From positions 2,303 to 66,302 of the forward strand of contig JAFVGS010000016.1 in the NCBI GenBank assembly GCA_017474845.1: a stretch of 64,000 bases of DNA. Direction: 5' to 3'. Positions 41,157-51,673 of the stretch are shown in pieces. The number at the start of each line of letters is the position of its first letter. Within the stretch, counting starts at the first letter, position 1. Below the pieces are notes generated by a model. That model had not been told where the DNA came from. It saw only the letters and a program-made list of their open reading frames with translations, and did not search any database. This DNA is from Prevotella sp. GTDB lineage: Bacteria; Bacteroidota; Bacteroidia; Bacteroidales; Bacteroidaceae. Position numbers and translations under genes: made by a program.

Positions 41157-42661
41157 AGGTTCTTGCGAATGACTTGATCGTAGCCATAGAGGTCCGGCCA
41201 AAAGCAGACCTCTCCGGTCTCAGGATAGGGATAAGCAGTATAATAAATAATGTACACGGGTACACGTGGAGTGACATCCCGGTAGGTGATGATCTTGAAA
41301 GGTCTGGGATCATCGGCATGCTCCGTCAGATACTCGCGTCCTCTGTCGGTCTCAGGCCTCATGTCCATTGCGATACGGATCTTATCGAGGGTCCACTCAT
41401 CAGCACCCTGCAACAGGAAACAGGCCAGTTCAAACGGTTTCTGCACTCTCACGCAACCATGCGAGAGCGTTCTCTTTTCGCGGTTGAAGGCTTTTCTGTT
41501 GTTTGTGTCATGCAGATACACGCCGAAGTTGTTGGCAAAACGGAACACGATGCGTCCAAGGGAGTTGCCCGCCCCACCCCTCTGGCCGACGCGCAGTCCA
41601 CCCGCCTGCAGCTGACTGGCGGAAACATTCTTGGGATCAAGGGTGTCGCCCTTCTGCCGGTCTATGATGTAATAGCGGTGCTTGGCGAAGTAGGCAGAGT
41701 CGCCACCATGCACGGACACTTCGCCCTTCACGATCGACGGGGGGATGATCCACTCGGGATTCACCTGCATATAACTGATCTCACTGCTCAGCAATGGGGT
41801 CTTCGTCGGCACGGCGCCACAGCATATCTTCATGGGCATCACACTGTCCGGACAGATGGCCCACAACTGCTGTGAGGGGATGTTCACTACCACCTGATGC
41901 GTCCTGCCCTCAGGTCTGAACATCTGCCAGCGGCAGCGTTCAAGGTTTACGATGAGCGTCTCTCGCCGAGCGCTGTCTGCGGTCTGCTCCAATTGTGTCC
42001 GTAAGGTCTTGTAGAGGCTGTTGGTGGGGACAGAGCCTTGCAGGTAGGCCATCCTGTCTGGCGACTTCAGTTTCTGAAAGGGTTCCTCATAGTCAGGGGC
42101 TTTCACCTCATAGTCGAAAAGTCTGGCATAGCCTGTGCCGTCAGTCTTATAATCCAGGTGATTGAATATCTTGTCTGGCCTGATGAAGCCATAACGCTGT
42201 CCGGCGGTATATTTCACATACGCTTTCGTCAGATGGTATTCCAGTCTTGGCAAGACCTCGTTGATGCTCTGTCCGACGGAGTCGAAGGAGAGTTTATGGA
42301 CGATATCAAGGTCTGATTCGATCTCGGACAGGAAGAAGGTCTTCGGATCCAGTCCGTTTCCAGGCAGTTCCCGTTGCAGCAGCGACAACAGCGAGTCGGC
42401 CTGACTTGTCACTCCCGCCCTGGCATACCAGAGAGGCTCAAACGTCCGCTGTGTCTTCAGCTGTGCCACAGCGGCCTTATAATACGCTTGCACGGCCTTG
42501 TCTGCCTCCCTCTTCGACGAGTCGGCATCTAATAAATGCGTCAGATACTTCCCTTGCTCGGTGGTATCCAACGCATGTACAAATGCTCCAAAGGCGGAAT
42601 GTTCGGCCTCGTCATACTCGCGGTTTCCGTTCACACAGGAAGCCAGGAGCACAAGGACCAT
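41153..42661 (-). CDS. L,D-transpeptidase (YcbB/LdtD-like) lipoprotein
   Basis: VVNIP, TP, NPEW..P, YLHDT and SHGCVRV motifs; lipobox LASC. Start uncertain. Confidence 0.88.
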   Translation of the reverse strand: MVLVLLASCVNGNREYDEAEHSAFGAFVHALDTTEQGKYLTHLLDADSSKREADKAVQAYYKAAVAQLKTQRTFEPLWYARAGVTSQADSLLSLLQRELPGNGLDPKTFFLSEIESDLDIVHKLSFDSVGQSINEVLPRLEYHLTKAYVKYTAGQRYGFIRPDKIFNHLDYKTDGTGYARLFDYEVKAPDYEEPFQKLKSPDRMAYLQGSVPTNSLYKTLRTQLEQTADSARRETLIVNLERCRWQMFRPEGRTHQVVVNIPSQQLWAICPDSVMPMKICCGAVPTKTPLLSSEISYMQVNPEWIIPPSIVKGEVSVHGGDSAYFAKHRYYIIDRQKGDTLDPKNVSASQLQAGGLRVGQRGGAGNSLGRIVFRFANNFGVYLHDTNNRKAFNREKRTLSHGCVRVQKPFELACFLLQGADEWTLDKIRIAMDMRPETDRGREYLTEHADDPRPFKIITYRDVTPRVPVYIIYYTAYPYPETGEVCFWPDLYGYDQVIRKNL

Positions 42662-42675
42662 CGCAAGACTCGTGG

Positions 42676-42999
42676 CTAACGGACGTAGACCCTGCGTACA
42701 ACCTTGCCTACCTTGACGATGTAACAACCTTTCGGAATATTAAGTTCTATCTTCTGTTCCGGACTGTCGATCCGCTTGTGCAGAACGACATTGCCGGTGA
42801 CGGTGACGATCTGCAGCACCAGGCCTTCAGCTCCTTTGACGGTCAGCGAGCCAGCACTGTAAACCACGTCCACCTCTTCCTCGTCCGACAGTTCCATGAC
42901 CCCGGCAAAATAGGCAGGAGTGGCACTGGCAGTCACAGGAACCAGCCAGAGGGCAGCCAAGGAGAAGGTAAGAATGAGTAAACGTTTCATCATACGCAT
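42676..42999 (-). CDS. Small secreted protein, essentially a T9SS CTD-like domain
   Basis: Signal peptide plus a KGCYIVKVGKVVRRVYVR C-terminus. Confidence 0.7.
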   Translation of the reverse strand: MRMMKRLLILTFSLAALWLVPVTASATPAYFAGVMELSDEEEVDVVYSAGSLTVKGAEGLVLQIVTVTGNVVLHKRIDSPEQKIELNIPKGCYIVKVGKVVRRVYVR

Positions 43000-43092
43000 T
43001 TGAATATAGTTTGGTGCAAAGTTAGCATTTTTCTTTGAATCGGCAAAACTTTTTCGACGGAAAATGCATTTTTTACCTAAAATGGCGGGTAT

Positions 43093-44007
43093 TTACACGT
43101 TGATGATGTCCATTTCGTTCGTCAGACGGGTGTTTTCAAACACTGCCTTCGCCTCTGCCAGCAGCACGTTCTCGTCGTCATACCGCGAACTGTAATGGCC
43201 CAGGAGCAACTGTCCCACGCCAGCATCCCTGGCCACCATCGCTGCCTGTCTGGCAGTGGAGTGACAGTATTTCTCAGCCGACTGGATCTTATCCTCGCCG
43301 TAGGTGCTCTCGTGGTACAATGTGTTCACCCCCTTCAAATGTTCATGCAGCGTAGGGATATAGCGGGTATCACTGCAATAGGCGTAGCTTCTGGGCGCAT
43401 CGGCAGGCGTGACCAGACGTTCGTTGGGAATGACATCGCCATCCTCTGTTGTCCAGTCTGCCCCCATCTTGATATTGTTGATCTGACTGCGCGGCACGCC
43501 GTAGGCTTCCAGCATCTCCGGCCGGATATGGGGCAGCAGGGCTTTCTCACGGATGAGATAGCCGCAGGTGGGCATGCGGTGTTCCAGGGGGATGGTCTCC
43601 ACGATGATGCTGTTGTCCTCATAGGCGATGGTGCGCTGTGAGGTATCCACGGCATGGAACACCACCTCGAAGCCCAGGTCATGGGTAAAGAAGGTAATCT
43701 GACTGTCCAACATGGGTCCCAATGCCTCTGGGGCATGGATATGGAGGGGAGCAGTACGCCCCAACAGTCCGAAGGTGGAGATCATGCCGATCAAACCGAA
43801 GCAGTGGTCACCATGCAGATGGGAGATGAAGACCCTGCTGAGCTTCGCGAAGTGCAGATGGCATTTCCGCATCTGCGTCTGTGTCCCTTCGGCGCAGTCG
43901 AGCATCAACAGCCTCTCCCTCACCTCTACGAGTTGTGAGGAACCATTGTGACGAAGGGTGGGAAGCGCACTTCCACACCCTAAGATATGTATCCGGAAAG
44001 GTTCCAC
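43093..44007 (-). CDS. rnz: Ribonuclease Z
   Basis: LGCGSALP, SHLHGDH, SDT, HEST and GHYSSRY motifs; GTG start. Confidence 0.95.
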   Translation of the reverse strand: MEPFRIHILGCGSALPTLRHNGSSQLVEVRERLLMLDCAEGTQTQMRKCHLHFAKLSRVFISHLHGDHCFGLIGMISTFGLLGRTAPLHIHAPEALGPMLDSQITFFTHDLGFEVVFHAVDTSQRTIAYEDNSIIVETIPLEHRMPTCGYLIREKALLPHIRPEMLEAYGVPRSQINNIKMGADWTTEDGDVIPNERLVTPADAPRSYAYCSDTRYIPTLHEHLKGVNTLYHESTYGEDKIQSAEKYCHSTARQAAMVARDAGVGQLLLGHYSSRYDDENVLLAEAKAVFENTRLTNEMDIINV

Positions 44008-44013
44008 GCTGAT

Positions 44014-44703
44014 TTAGATCTTATTGAACTCGTCGTTGGTCTCTTCCAGTTCCAGTCCGTGCAGGTCCACCTTGGGCTTCGGCTTCCAACGGGAATACTC
44101 GAAGGTCTCTGTCTCGTCATGGGGTTTGCCTAATGTCCTGAATGCCAGCGAATCAGGACCGAGGGTCAGGATCTCGTAACGGTTGGTCTCTTCCTCGTCG
44201 CCGCCACCTTCACGCATGAGTTCAATCTCCAGCTCACCGTTGAAGATCTTCCAGGTGCGATAGACGATCACCGACTGGTCGATGCTCTCTGCCACGCCGC
44301 CCTCTTTGATGCGGATGCCTATCTCAGCACTGCCGTCGATGGGGTCTGGCATCACCCAGTCACCCATCAGCGTATTGAGGTTGATCACGAGCAGGGCATT
44401 CTGCTTGAGAGAGTCTGCCAGCACTGCGAGACGGTCTGACACCTGGAGGCCGCCAAACACCTTCCCTGCGTCCTGGGCCCTGGTCAGACTCAGCGTCAGC
44501 GTGTCACCATTGTCGGTGGTCATCTCCAACGTGTTCATTGCCGTTCCGTCCGTACAGATGCCATAGATGGTCTGGTCTCTGAAAATAGACATATCCGGTT
44601 TTTCAGCATCCTGCGACTCATCGACCTGTGCCTGTTGTTTACCACCACAGCTGCCCAACACCATTGCCGCAGCCATCATTCCAATCAATACACTTTTCTT
44701 CAT
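44014..44703 (-). CDS. Lipoprotein with lipocalin-like C-terminus
   Basis: Lipobox LGSC; INLNTLMGDW and GG.AESI patterns. Confidence 0.7.
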   Translation of the reverse strand: MKKSVLIGMMAAAMVLGSCGGKQQAQVDESQDAEKPDMSIFRDQTIYGICTDGTAMNTLEMTTDNGDTLTLSLTRAQDAGKVFGGLQVSDRLAVLADSLKQNALLVINLNTLMGDWVMPDPIDGSAEIGIRIKEGGVAESIDQSVIVYRTWKIFNGELEIELMREGGGDEEETNRYEILTLGPDSLAFRTLGKPHDETETFEYSRWKPKPKVDLHGLELEETNDEFNKI

Positions 44704-44734
44704 AATTGTTCGTCTGTTATTTTGTCTTTTCTTG

Positions 44735-45598
44735 TTATTCTGCCTTCTTAGCTTCCTGCCACAGCGCCTCCATCTCGTCAAGGGTCATCTCCGTCAGGGG
44801 CTTCCCGATCCTGATGCTGTGTTCCTCAATATAATTAAACCGTTCAATAAACTTCCGGTTCGTCATCTCCAGGGCATTATCAGGGTTCAGCTTATACAGT
44901 CTGGCGGCATTGATGACGGCGAAGAGGAAATCTCCCAATTCCTCCGTCGAGCGGGCTTTATCATCCTTGTTCAACTCGGCCTCCAACTCATCCAGTTCCT
45001 CACGCACCTTCTGCCACACATCCTCTCGTTTCTCCCAGTCGAAGCCCACATTCCGGACCTTGTCCTGGATTCGGTACGCCTTGATGACACTGGGCAGGGC
45101 GGCAGGCACCCCAGACAACACACGCTCATTCCCGTCCTTCTCCTTCAGTTTGATCTGCTCCCAGTTCTGCAGCACCTGACTCACCGTCGTCACCTTTCCG
45201 GTAATACCGGTTTCTCCGGATGGTCCGGTTTCTTCCGGCACGTATGGCAGCGGTTTCGGTTTCTCTGCATCGATCTGCGAAGGATGATACACGTGCGGAT
45301 GACGGGTAATCATCTTCTTCGTCAGAGCGTCACACACGTCGGCCATATCAAACTGTCCCTGTTCCTCTGCGATCTTCGCATAGAAACAGATATGCAACAG
45401 CACATCACCCAGTTCCTTGCAGATGTCGTGGATGTCGTTCTTGATCAGGGCATCGCAGAGCTCGTAGGTCTCTTCGATCGTATTGGGCCTCAGACTCTCG
45501 TTCGTCTGCTTCTTGTCCCACGGACAATTCGCCCTCAACGCGTCGAGCACGTCGAGGAAACGACCGAAAGCCTTCATTTTTTCCTCTTTTGTATGCAT
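44735..45598 (-). CDS. mazG: Nucleoside triphosphate pyrophosphohydrolase MazG
   Basis: CPWD..QT, EETYE, ELGD, RHPHV and GFDW motifs. Confidence 0.95.
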   Translation of the reverse strand: MHTKEEKMKAFGRFLDVLDALRANCPWDKKQTNESLRPNTIEETYELCDALIKNDIHDICKELGDVLLHICFYAKIAEEQGQFDMADVCDALTKKMITRHPHVYHPSQIDAEKPKPLPYVPEETGPSGETGITGKVTTVSQVLQNWEQIKLKEKDGNERVLSGVPAALPSVIKAYRIQDKVRNVGFDWEKREDVWQKVREELDELEAELNKDDKARSTEELGDFLFAVINAARLYKLNPDNALEMTNRKFIERFNYIEEHSIRIGKPLTEMTLDEMEALWQEAKKAE

Positions 45599-45708
45599 AA
45601 TACATTAATAATTGGGGCAAAGATACAAAATAATTGAGAATTGAGAATTGAAAATTAGAATTTTTATGTAATTTTGCACCGATTTTTGAAAATAATTAAA
45701 CATATAGC

Positions 45709-48414
45709 ATGGAACTTGCAAGTAAATACGACCCAAAAGAGGTCGAATCGAAATGGTATCAGTACTGGCTTGACCACAAACTTTTCGCCAGCAAACCCGA
45801 CGGACGTGAACCCTATACGATAGTTATCCCCCCGCCCAATGTGACGGGTGTGCTCCACATGGGACATATGCTCAACAACACCATTCAGGACATTTTGGTA
45901 CGCCGTGCCCGTATGGAGGGCAAGAACGCCCTGTGGGTGCCTGGCACCGACCATGCCTCTATCGCCACCGAGGCAAAGGTGGTGAAGAAGCTCGCCGGCG
46001 AAGGTATCAAGAAACATGACCTCACCCGTGAGCAGTTCCTCGAGCATGCCTGGGACTGGACCCATGAGCACGGAGGCATCATCCTCAAACAGCTGCGTCG
46101 CTTAGGTGCCAGCTGCGACTGGGATCGCACAGCCTTCACTATGGATGAGAAGCGCTCCGAGAGCGTCATCAAGGTCTTCGTCGACCTCTATAACAAAGGT
46201 CTCATCTACCGTGGTCTGCGTATGGTGAACTGGGATCCCAAGGCCCTCACCGCCCTCTCCACCGAGGAGGTGATCTATAAGGAAGAGCAGAGTCACCTGT
46301 TCCACCTGAAATACTATGTGGATGGACTCTCAGCACTCGACAACGAGGAAGCTCTGAAGGCTGAGGGCAACGTCATCCACAAGGACGCCAAGGGCTACTA
46401 CGCTGTCGTGGCCACCACCCGTCCTGAGACCATCATGGGCGATACCGCCATGTGTATCAACCCCAAGGATCCGAAGAACCAGTGGCTCAAGGGCCGCAAG
46501 GTCATCGTGCCTCTGGTGAACCGTGTCATCCCCGTCATCGAGGACCGTTATGTCGACATCGAGTTCGGTACAGGCTGTCTGAAGGTCACACCAGCCCACG
46601 ACACCAACGACTATATGCTGGGCAAGACCCACAACCTCGAGACTATCGACATCTTCAATCCCGACGGCACCATCTCCGACCAGAGCCCCATCTACGTGGG
46701 TATGGATCGTATGGACTGCCGCAAGCAGATTGCCAAGGATCTCCAGGAGGCTGGTCTGATGGAGAAGATCGAGGACTACACCAACAAGGTGGGCTACTCT
46801 GAGCGCAACCCCGATACCGCCATCGAGCCGCGCCTCTCCATGCAGTGGTTCCTCTCGATGAAGCACTTCGCCGACATCGCCCTGCCGCCTGTGATGAACG
46901 ACGAACTGAAGTTCTATCCTGCGAAATATAAGAACACATATAAGAACTGGCTCGAGAACATCCAGGATTGGTGTATCTCCCGTCAGCTTTGGTGGGGTCA
47001 TCGCATCCCGGCGTACTACTACAACGAAAATGACGACTATGTCGTAGCCACCACTCGCGAGGAGGCCCTGAAACTGGCCCAGCAGAAGGATCCGAAGGTC
47101 ACCGATGCAGACCTCCGTCAGGACGAGGATGCCCTCGACACCTGGTTCTCCTCTTGGCTCTGGCCCATCTCCCTCTTCGACGGCATTAACACCCCTGGCA
47201 ACGAGGAGATCAAATACTATTACCCCACCAGCGACCTCGTGACAGGTCCTGACATCATCTTCTTCTGGGTGGCCCGTATGATTATGGCCGGCTATGAGTT
47301 CGTGGGCGACATGCCTTTCAAGAATGTCTACTTTACAGGTATCGTTCGCGACAAGCTCGGTCGTAAGATGTCGAAGTCACTCGGAAACAGCCCCGATCCC
47401 ATCGAGCTTATCGAGAAGTTCGGTGCCGACGGTGTACGCATGGGTATGATGCTCTCAGCTCCCGCAGGCAATGACATCCTCTTCGACGAGGCCCTCTGCG
47501 AACAGGGACGAAACTTCAACAATAAGATCTGGAATGCCTTCCGCCTCGTGAAGAGTTGGAAGGTGGCTGATGCCGGACAGACGGAGGTTGGTAAGACTGC
47601 CACCACCTGGTTCGAGGCGAAACTCCGCGAGACCAATGCCGAGGTCGACGACCTCTTCAAGAAATACCGTATCTCCGAGGCCCTCATGGCGGTCTATAAG
47701 CTCTTCTGGGACGAGTTCTCTTCCTGGTACCTGGAGATGGTGAAGCCCGCCTATGTCAACGGTGAGGCCCAGCCTGTAGACCGTGAGACCTACGACAAGA
47801 CCCTCCACTTCTTCGAGCAGTTGCTGAAAATGCTGCACCCCTTCATGCCCTTCATCACCGAAGAGCTCTGGCAGCACCTCTACGACCGTCAGGACGGTGA
47901 GAGCATCATGCGCGACAAGCTGGAGATTCCCGCTCCCACTGCAGCTGACAGTCAGCTCATCGCCCAGATTGAGAGCGTGAAGCAGATTGTCTCCGGTGTA
48001 CGTATGGTTCGTTCTTCTAAGAACATCGCCCCGAAGGAACAGCTCGAACTTCAGGTGGTAGGACAGAACGACTTCGAAGCCTTCAACGACGTTATCACGA
48101 AGATGGCCAACCTCAACGGCATCAACGTCGTCGCCGAGAAGGATCCTACGGCATCCGCCTTCATGGTAGGCACGGACGAGTTTGCAGTGCCCTTAGGTAA
48201 CATGATTGACGTCGAGGCAGAGATCCAGAAGATGGAGGCTCAGTTGCAGCACCTCGAAGGATTCCTCGCTGGTGTGAAGAAAAAGCTCTCCAACGAGCGC
48301 TTCGTCGCCAACGCCCCTGAGGCAGTCGTTGCCCTTGAACGTAAGAAGCAGTCCGACGCCGAAGAGAAGATAGCCTCTCTCCAGGCCTCCATTGCAGCCC
48401 TCAAGAAGTCGTAA
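45709..48414 (+). CDS. valS: Valine--tRNA ligase
   Basis: [28 protein letters not shown] and a coiled-coil C-terminus. Confidence 0.98.
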   Translation: MELASKYDPKEVESKWYQYWLDHKLFASKPDGREPYTIVIPPPNVTGVLHMGHMLNNTIQDILVRRARMEGKNALWVPGTDHASIATEAKVVKKLAGEGIKKHDLTREQFLEHAWDWTHEHGGIILKQLRRLGASCDWDRTAFTMDEKRSESVIKVFVDLYNKGLIYRGLRMVNWDPKALTALSTEEVIYKEEQSHLFHLKYYVDGLSALDNEEALKAEGNVIHKDAKGYYAVVATTRPETIMGDTAMCINPKDPKNQWLKGRKVIVPLVNRVIPVIEDRYVDIEFGTGCLKVTPAHDTNDYMLGKTHNLETIDIFNPDGTISDQSPIYVGMDRMDCRKQIAKDLQEAGLMEKIEDYTNKVGYSERNPDTAIEPRLSMQWFLSMKHFADIALPPVMNDELKFYPAKYKNTYKNWLENIQDWCISRQLWWGHRIPAYYYNENDDYVVATTREEALKLAQQKDPKVTDADLRQDEDALDTWFSSWLWPISLFDGINTPGNEEIKYYYPTSDLVTGPDIIFFWVARMIMAGYEFVGDMPFKNVYFTGIVRDKLGRKMSKSLGNSPDPIELIEKFGADGVRMGMMLSAPAGNDILFDEALCEQGRNFNNKIWNAFRLVKSWKVADAGQTEVGKTATTWFEAKLRETNAEVDDLFKKYRISEALMAVYKLFWDEFSSWYLEMVKPAYVNGEAQPVDRETYDKTLHFFEQLLKMLHPFMPFITEELWQHLYDRQDGESIMRDKLEIPAPTAADSQLIAQIESVKQIVSGVRMVRSSKNIAPKEQLELQVVGQNDFEAFNDVITKMANLNGINVVAEKDPTASAFMVGTDEFAVPLGNMIDVEAEIQKMEAQLQHLEGFLAGVKKKLSNERFVANAPEAVVALERKKQSDAEEKIASLQASIAALKKS

Positions 48415-48420
48415 CCGAAG

Positions 48421-49275
48421 ATGAGGAAGCATTATACCGTTGCAGGGCACGGCTTCATCGTAGATGCGGAAGAGACCTTATTCCCAGAGATGAAGCAGTA
48501 TGAGCCATTCATGGACGAAGAGGACGGCAACACCCTCTTTACCCTTCGTGTCCAGAAGTCTGTTGCGCCTATTTTGTATAGGGAACTTCATAGACAGGAA
48601 GATGAAGGCACTTCGATCATCTGCGGTGAAACACCCGAGGGGAAGACTGTCCTCGAGTTTCAAGTAAGCGACGAGGTCATGGGCAGACTGGTGTGTAGCC
48701 AGGACTTCACGGTAGGAGATGTCTATTATATGGGACAAAGGCTTTATGTGGTCAACAACTCCCTGATGATGATGTACACCTTCGCCTCTTCCGAAAAGTT
48801 GACGACCCTCTTCCATTCCTCCGTGGTCAGCCACCAGGGCAAGGCCTACATGTTCCTCGGCAAGAGCGGAACCGGCAAGAGTACCCACTCGCAACTCTGG
48901 CTTAAGCATATCGAAGGGACGGAACTGGTCAATGACGACAATCCCGTTGTCCGCCTCATCGATGGCGAGGCCAGGGTCTACGGATCACCCTGGAGTGGCA
49001 AGACCCCCTGCTACAGGAATGTCGACTACCCCATCGGCGGCATCGTCAAACTGAAGCAGGCACCACACAACGAAATCCGCCGTATGAAACCCGTTGAAGC
49101 CTACGTTGCCCTTGCCATGAGCATCTCAGGCATGCGCTGGAAAAAACAAATGGGCGACGGCCTGCATCAGACAGAGAATCTGCTGACGGCAACCGTTCCT
49201 GTATGGCATCTGTCTTGTCTGCCAGACCAGGAGGCGGCAGAACTATGTTGTAAGACTATCGCAAACAAAGACTAA
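48421..49275 (+). CDS. HPr kinase/PEPCK-fold P-loop kinase-like protein
   Basis: FHSS, GKSGTGKSTH Walker A, VNDD and YGSPWSGK motifs. Confidence 0.8.
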   Translation: MRKHYTVAGHGFIVDAEETLFPEMKQYEPFMDEEDGNTLFTLRVQKSVAPILYRELHRQEDEGTSIICGETPEGKTVLEFQVSDEVMGRLVCSQDFTVGDVYYMGQRLYVVNNSLMMMYTFASSEKLTTLFHSSVVSHQGKAYMFLGKSGTGKSTHSQLWLKHIEGTELVNDDNPVVRLIDGEARVYGSPWSGKTPCYRNVDYPIGGIVKLKQAPHNEIRRMKPVEAYVALAMSISGMRWKKQMGDGLHQTENLLTATVPVWHLSCLPDQEAAELCCKTIANKD

Positions 49276-49289
49276 TAGAATTTGATAAT

Positions 49290-49559
49290 ATGAGACAAAA
49301 GAAAGGACTTGTACTTCGCGACGTATGTGGCGAGAAAGTAATCATTGGAGAAGGATTGGAAGCCGTCGACTTCGGCCGTTTGATGTGTTTGAACGATACC
49401 GCAGCCTGGCTCTGGGAGAAAGCATCCGAGATAGGAGATTTCTCCGTTGAAGAGCTTGCCGAAGCCCTCTTCGAGGAATTTGAGGTAACAAAGGAACAGG
49501 CTCTTCAAGATGTGAAAGACATCGTAGCCAAATGGGAAGAGACCGGTATCTTAGAATAA
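49290..49559 (+). CDS. PqqD family (RRE) peptide chaperone
   Basis: 89 aa; LNDTAAWLWE...LFEEFEV...A..DV pattern. Confidence 0.85.
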   Translation: MRQKKGLVLRDVCGEKVIIGEGLEAVDFGRLMCLNDTAAWLWEKASEIGDFSVEELAEALFEEFEVTKEQALQDVKDIVAKWEETGILE

Positions 49560-49592
49560 AAAATGTCTGCGGCACGTGCTGCAGACATTTTT
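49559..49592. terminator. Bidirectional terminator
   Basis: AAAAATGTCTGC...GCAGACATTTTT between the PqqD and nucleotidyltransferase genes. Confidence 0.85.
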
Positions 49593-49598
49593 TATGAA

Positions 49599-50684
49599 TT
49601 ATGAGCTGTATGTATGCTTAAGTCGCCAGAAAAAGTGCCAAGTGCGGAATATGGGTTCACATAGCGCTTCTGCTGGATATTCACGAGCAAAATGGAGATT
49701 CCTCCATACTTTTGCAAAGAATTTCCCTCCAGTAGAATGCGCTCTCAACCCAGAATAATGCCCAAAGTTCCCTCCCCTCAGAATTTCTGTAAGCAAAGTC
49801 CTGCCCCGTCTTTCATCCACAGGCGCAATTAAAAATTCGTCCTCAAGCCTAAATATCTCCTTCATGACAAACATAACTGCCCCAGCAAATTTGTACATTC
49901 CCAGATTGCGCAAAGTACTCTGTACTGCTAGAAGTCCCTGATCGTCATCACCTATATCCTTCTTAAACAGCCTTAGTACATAGAAATAATCTAATAGTTG
50001 CCGAAGTCCTATACCCTCGTCAAAAAAATGCCGCATAATATGTGCCAATTGAAAAATGACATTAAATTCCGCTGTCGGGATGGGAATACGACCTAGGTTA
50101 TCCGGGAGTTCCACGTAATGATTACATTGTTTTTCTATATTACAAGAAAAGAAATACTGTAATCGCCTATTATAAAATGGATTGTTCATAATGCAAGGGT
50201 ATGGATGAAGCTCTATATTCACCTTATCCTCTTTGTATGTTATCTCATCATAACGAACCGTAGCTTTGGGGTATCTGTTTCTTGCATATTCTATCAGTTT
50301 TGCCCTTGCCCCCTTGACCCAAACATCTATATCACCAGATGTCCGGACATAAGGATCTGAATACATCATAGCATTTCCCTGCCCTTTCAGAATGCAACAT
50401 GTGAAGCCATCGTTTTGACATTTTGCTGCGACATCGGCAGACTTTCGGAAAAGTAGTTCATTTCTCTTACGCACCTTTTCCGAAAACAAAAACATTTTCA
50501 TAAGAATAGGGCGTGGAATCTTCACATTCTTCAACTTACTTACGCCAAACATTAGCACACCTGCCATAGACTGCTTTCGCATGAATAACAACAAGCTCTC
50601 CCAGTCAATATCTTCAACAGAGTCTGGTTGAACAACGTCCTCGTTAACACAGAACTGCAGAAACCTTATCCAATCTTCATTCAT
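49599..50684 (-). CDS. Nucleotidyltransferase (NTP_transf_5-like)
   Basis: ILKG...Y....RTSGDIDV, IELH and H...EGIGLRQLLD motifs. Confidence 0.85.
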   Translation of the reverse strand: MNEDWIRFLQFCVNEDVVQPDSVEDIDWESLLLFMRKQSMAGVLMFGVSKLKNVKIPRPILMKMFLFSEKVRKRNELLFRKSADVAAKCQNDGFTCCILKGQGNAMMYSDPYVRTSGDIDVWVKGARAKLIEYARNRYPKATVRYDEITYKEDKVNIELHPYPCIMNNPFYNRRLQYFFSCNIEKQCNHYVELPDNLGRIPIPTAEFNVIFQLAHIMRHFFDEGIGLRQLLDYFYVLRLFKKDIGDDDQGLLAVQSTLRNLGMYKFAGAVMFVMKEIFRLEDEFLIAPVDERRGRTLLTEILRGGNFGHYSGLRAHSTGGKFFAKVWRNLHFAREYPAEALCEPIFRTWHFFWRLKHTYSS

Positions 50685-51633
50685 CACGATTATCATTTAT
50701 CAGCACATCATAGTAAGTACCATGATATAGAGCCTTACGATTCAGCCTATAGGTTAACTTATGGAAACTTGTATAGGAACATAAATGCTCATACCATAAC
50801 GCATCATATTGTTCTGCCAATCTACTCCCTAAAGTCAGCGGATAGCTATTACTCTGTTTCGGCATATTGTCAATCTCATCCCAATGGTACTCCGCTATCA
50901 TGCAAAAAAAGAGATGAAATATAAAATAATTCAAACTACATTCATATTTTTTCCAGTACTCATAAAGCATGTCCCTGAGTATCATCAGTATCACATTGTT
51001 CGTACAAGAAGTAATAAACCAATTTGACAGCCCTCCAAAAACCTTTGTCCCCTTTCTAAACCGCTGAAATACGAACAAGTCTGTGTCCATCAATTCACAG
51101 GGATAATGAGCACCTGAGCAAAATACGGTCGAATCAATCCAAGTTCCTCCATACTTTATCAAAAGTTCCAGCCTCAACAAGTCAGAATAATGAGTATGGG
51201 AGATAATACCTTTTTCATGCTTGGCATTAATATAATCCGGCAAATCCACATACTCACGGATATTGGAACTATCGAGAACAACAATCTCCCTGTCCGCCAA
51301 GTTCTTTTTAAGTGATTCCAGACATACTTTTACAACATTTGGCGCCTCTTCTATACCTTGCATCCAAAAAAACCATACTTTATTTGAACGCATGTGAGAG
51401 AGACTTTGAGTCGAGTATTGCTTATCCAAGCGATGCATGACGGGAAAGAACTCCTCCCTTAACATAGGACTGATATGCCTCCGTAAGACAGCATACGCCT
51501 GACTTAAAGATTTTCTGTGGAATAATACCATAAGGAATTGCCATATCGCAACAGATAGCAATCCCTTATCATAATATGCCTTCACCAGACTAAGACCACC
51601 GAATTGTTTGAATTTCCTATAGAAGTGTCGCAT
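50677..51633 (-). CDS. Capsular polysaccharide synthesis protein (Caps_synth)
   Basis: WMQG, SDLLR..LL.KYGGTWID and HKL motifs. Confidence 0.85.
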   Translation of the reverse strand: MRHFYRKFKQFGGLSLVKAYYDKGLLSVAIWQFLMVLFHRKSLSQAYAVLRRHISPMLREEFFPVMHRLDKQYSTQSLSHMRSNKVWFFWMQGIEEAPNVVKVCLESLKKNLADREIVVLDSSNIREYVDLPDYINAKHEKGIISHTHYSDLLRLELLIKYGGTWIDSTVFCSGAHYPCELMDTDLFVFQRFRKGTKVFGGLSNWFITSCTNNVILMILRDMLYEYWKKYECSLNYFIFHLFFCMIAEYHWDEIDNMPKQSNSYPLTLGSRLAEQYDALWYEHLCSYTSFHKLTYRLNRKALYHGTYYDVLINDNRDE

Positions 51634-51673
51634 GTCCCGATAAACTTTTGCAGTTTAATAGCATCGTATAAGA

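Noticed and set aside
46320-46400. Extra segment in ValS before ATTRPET
   Set aside because: No DNA repeat or intein signature; probably an ordinary lineage-specific loop.
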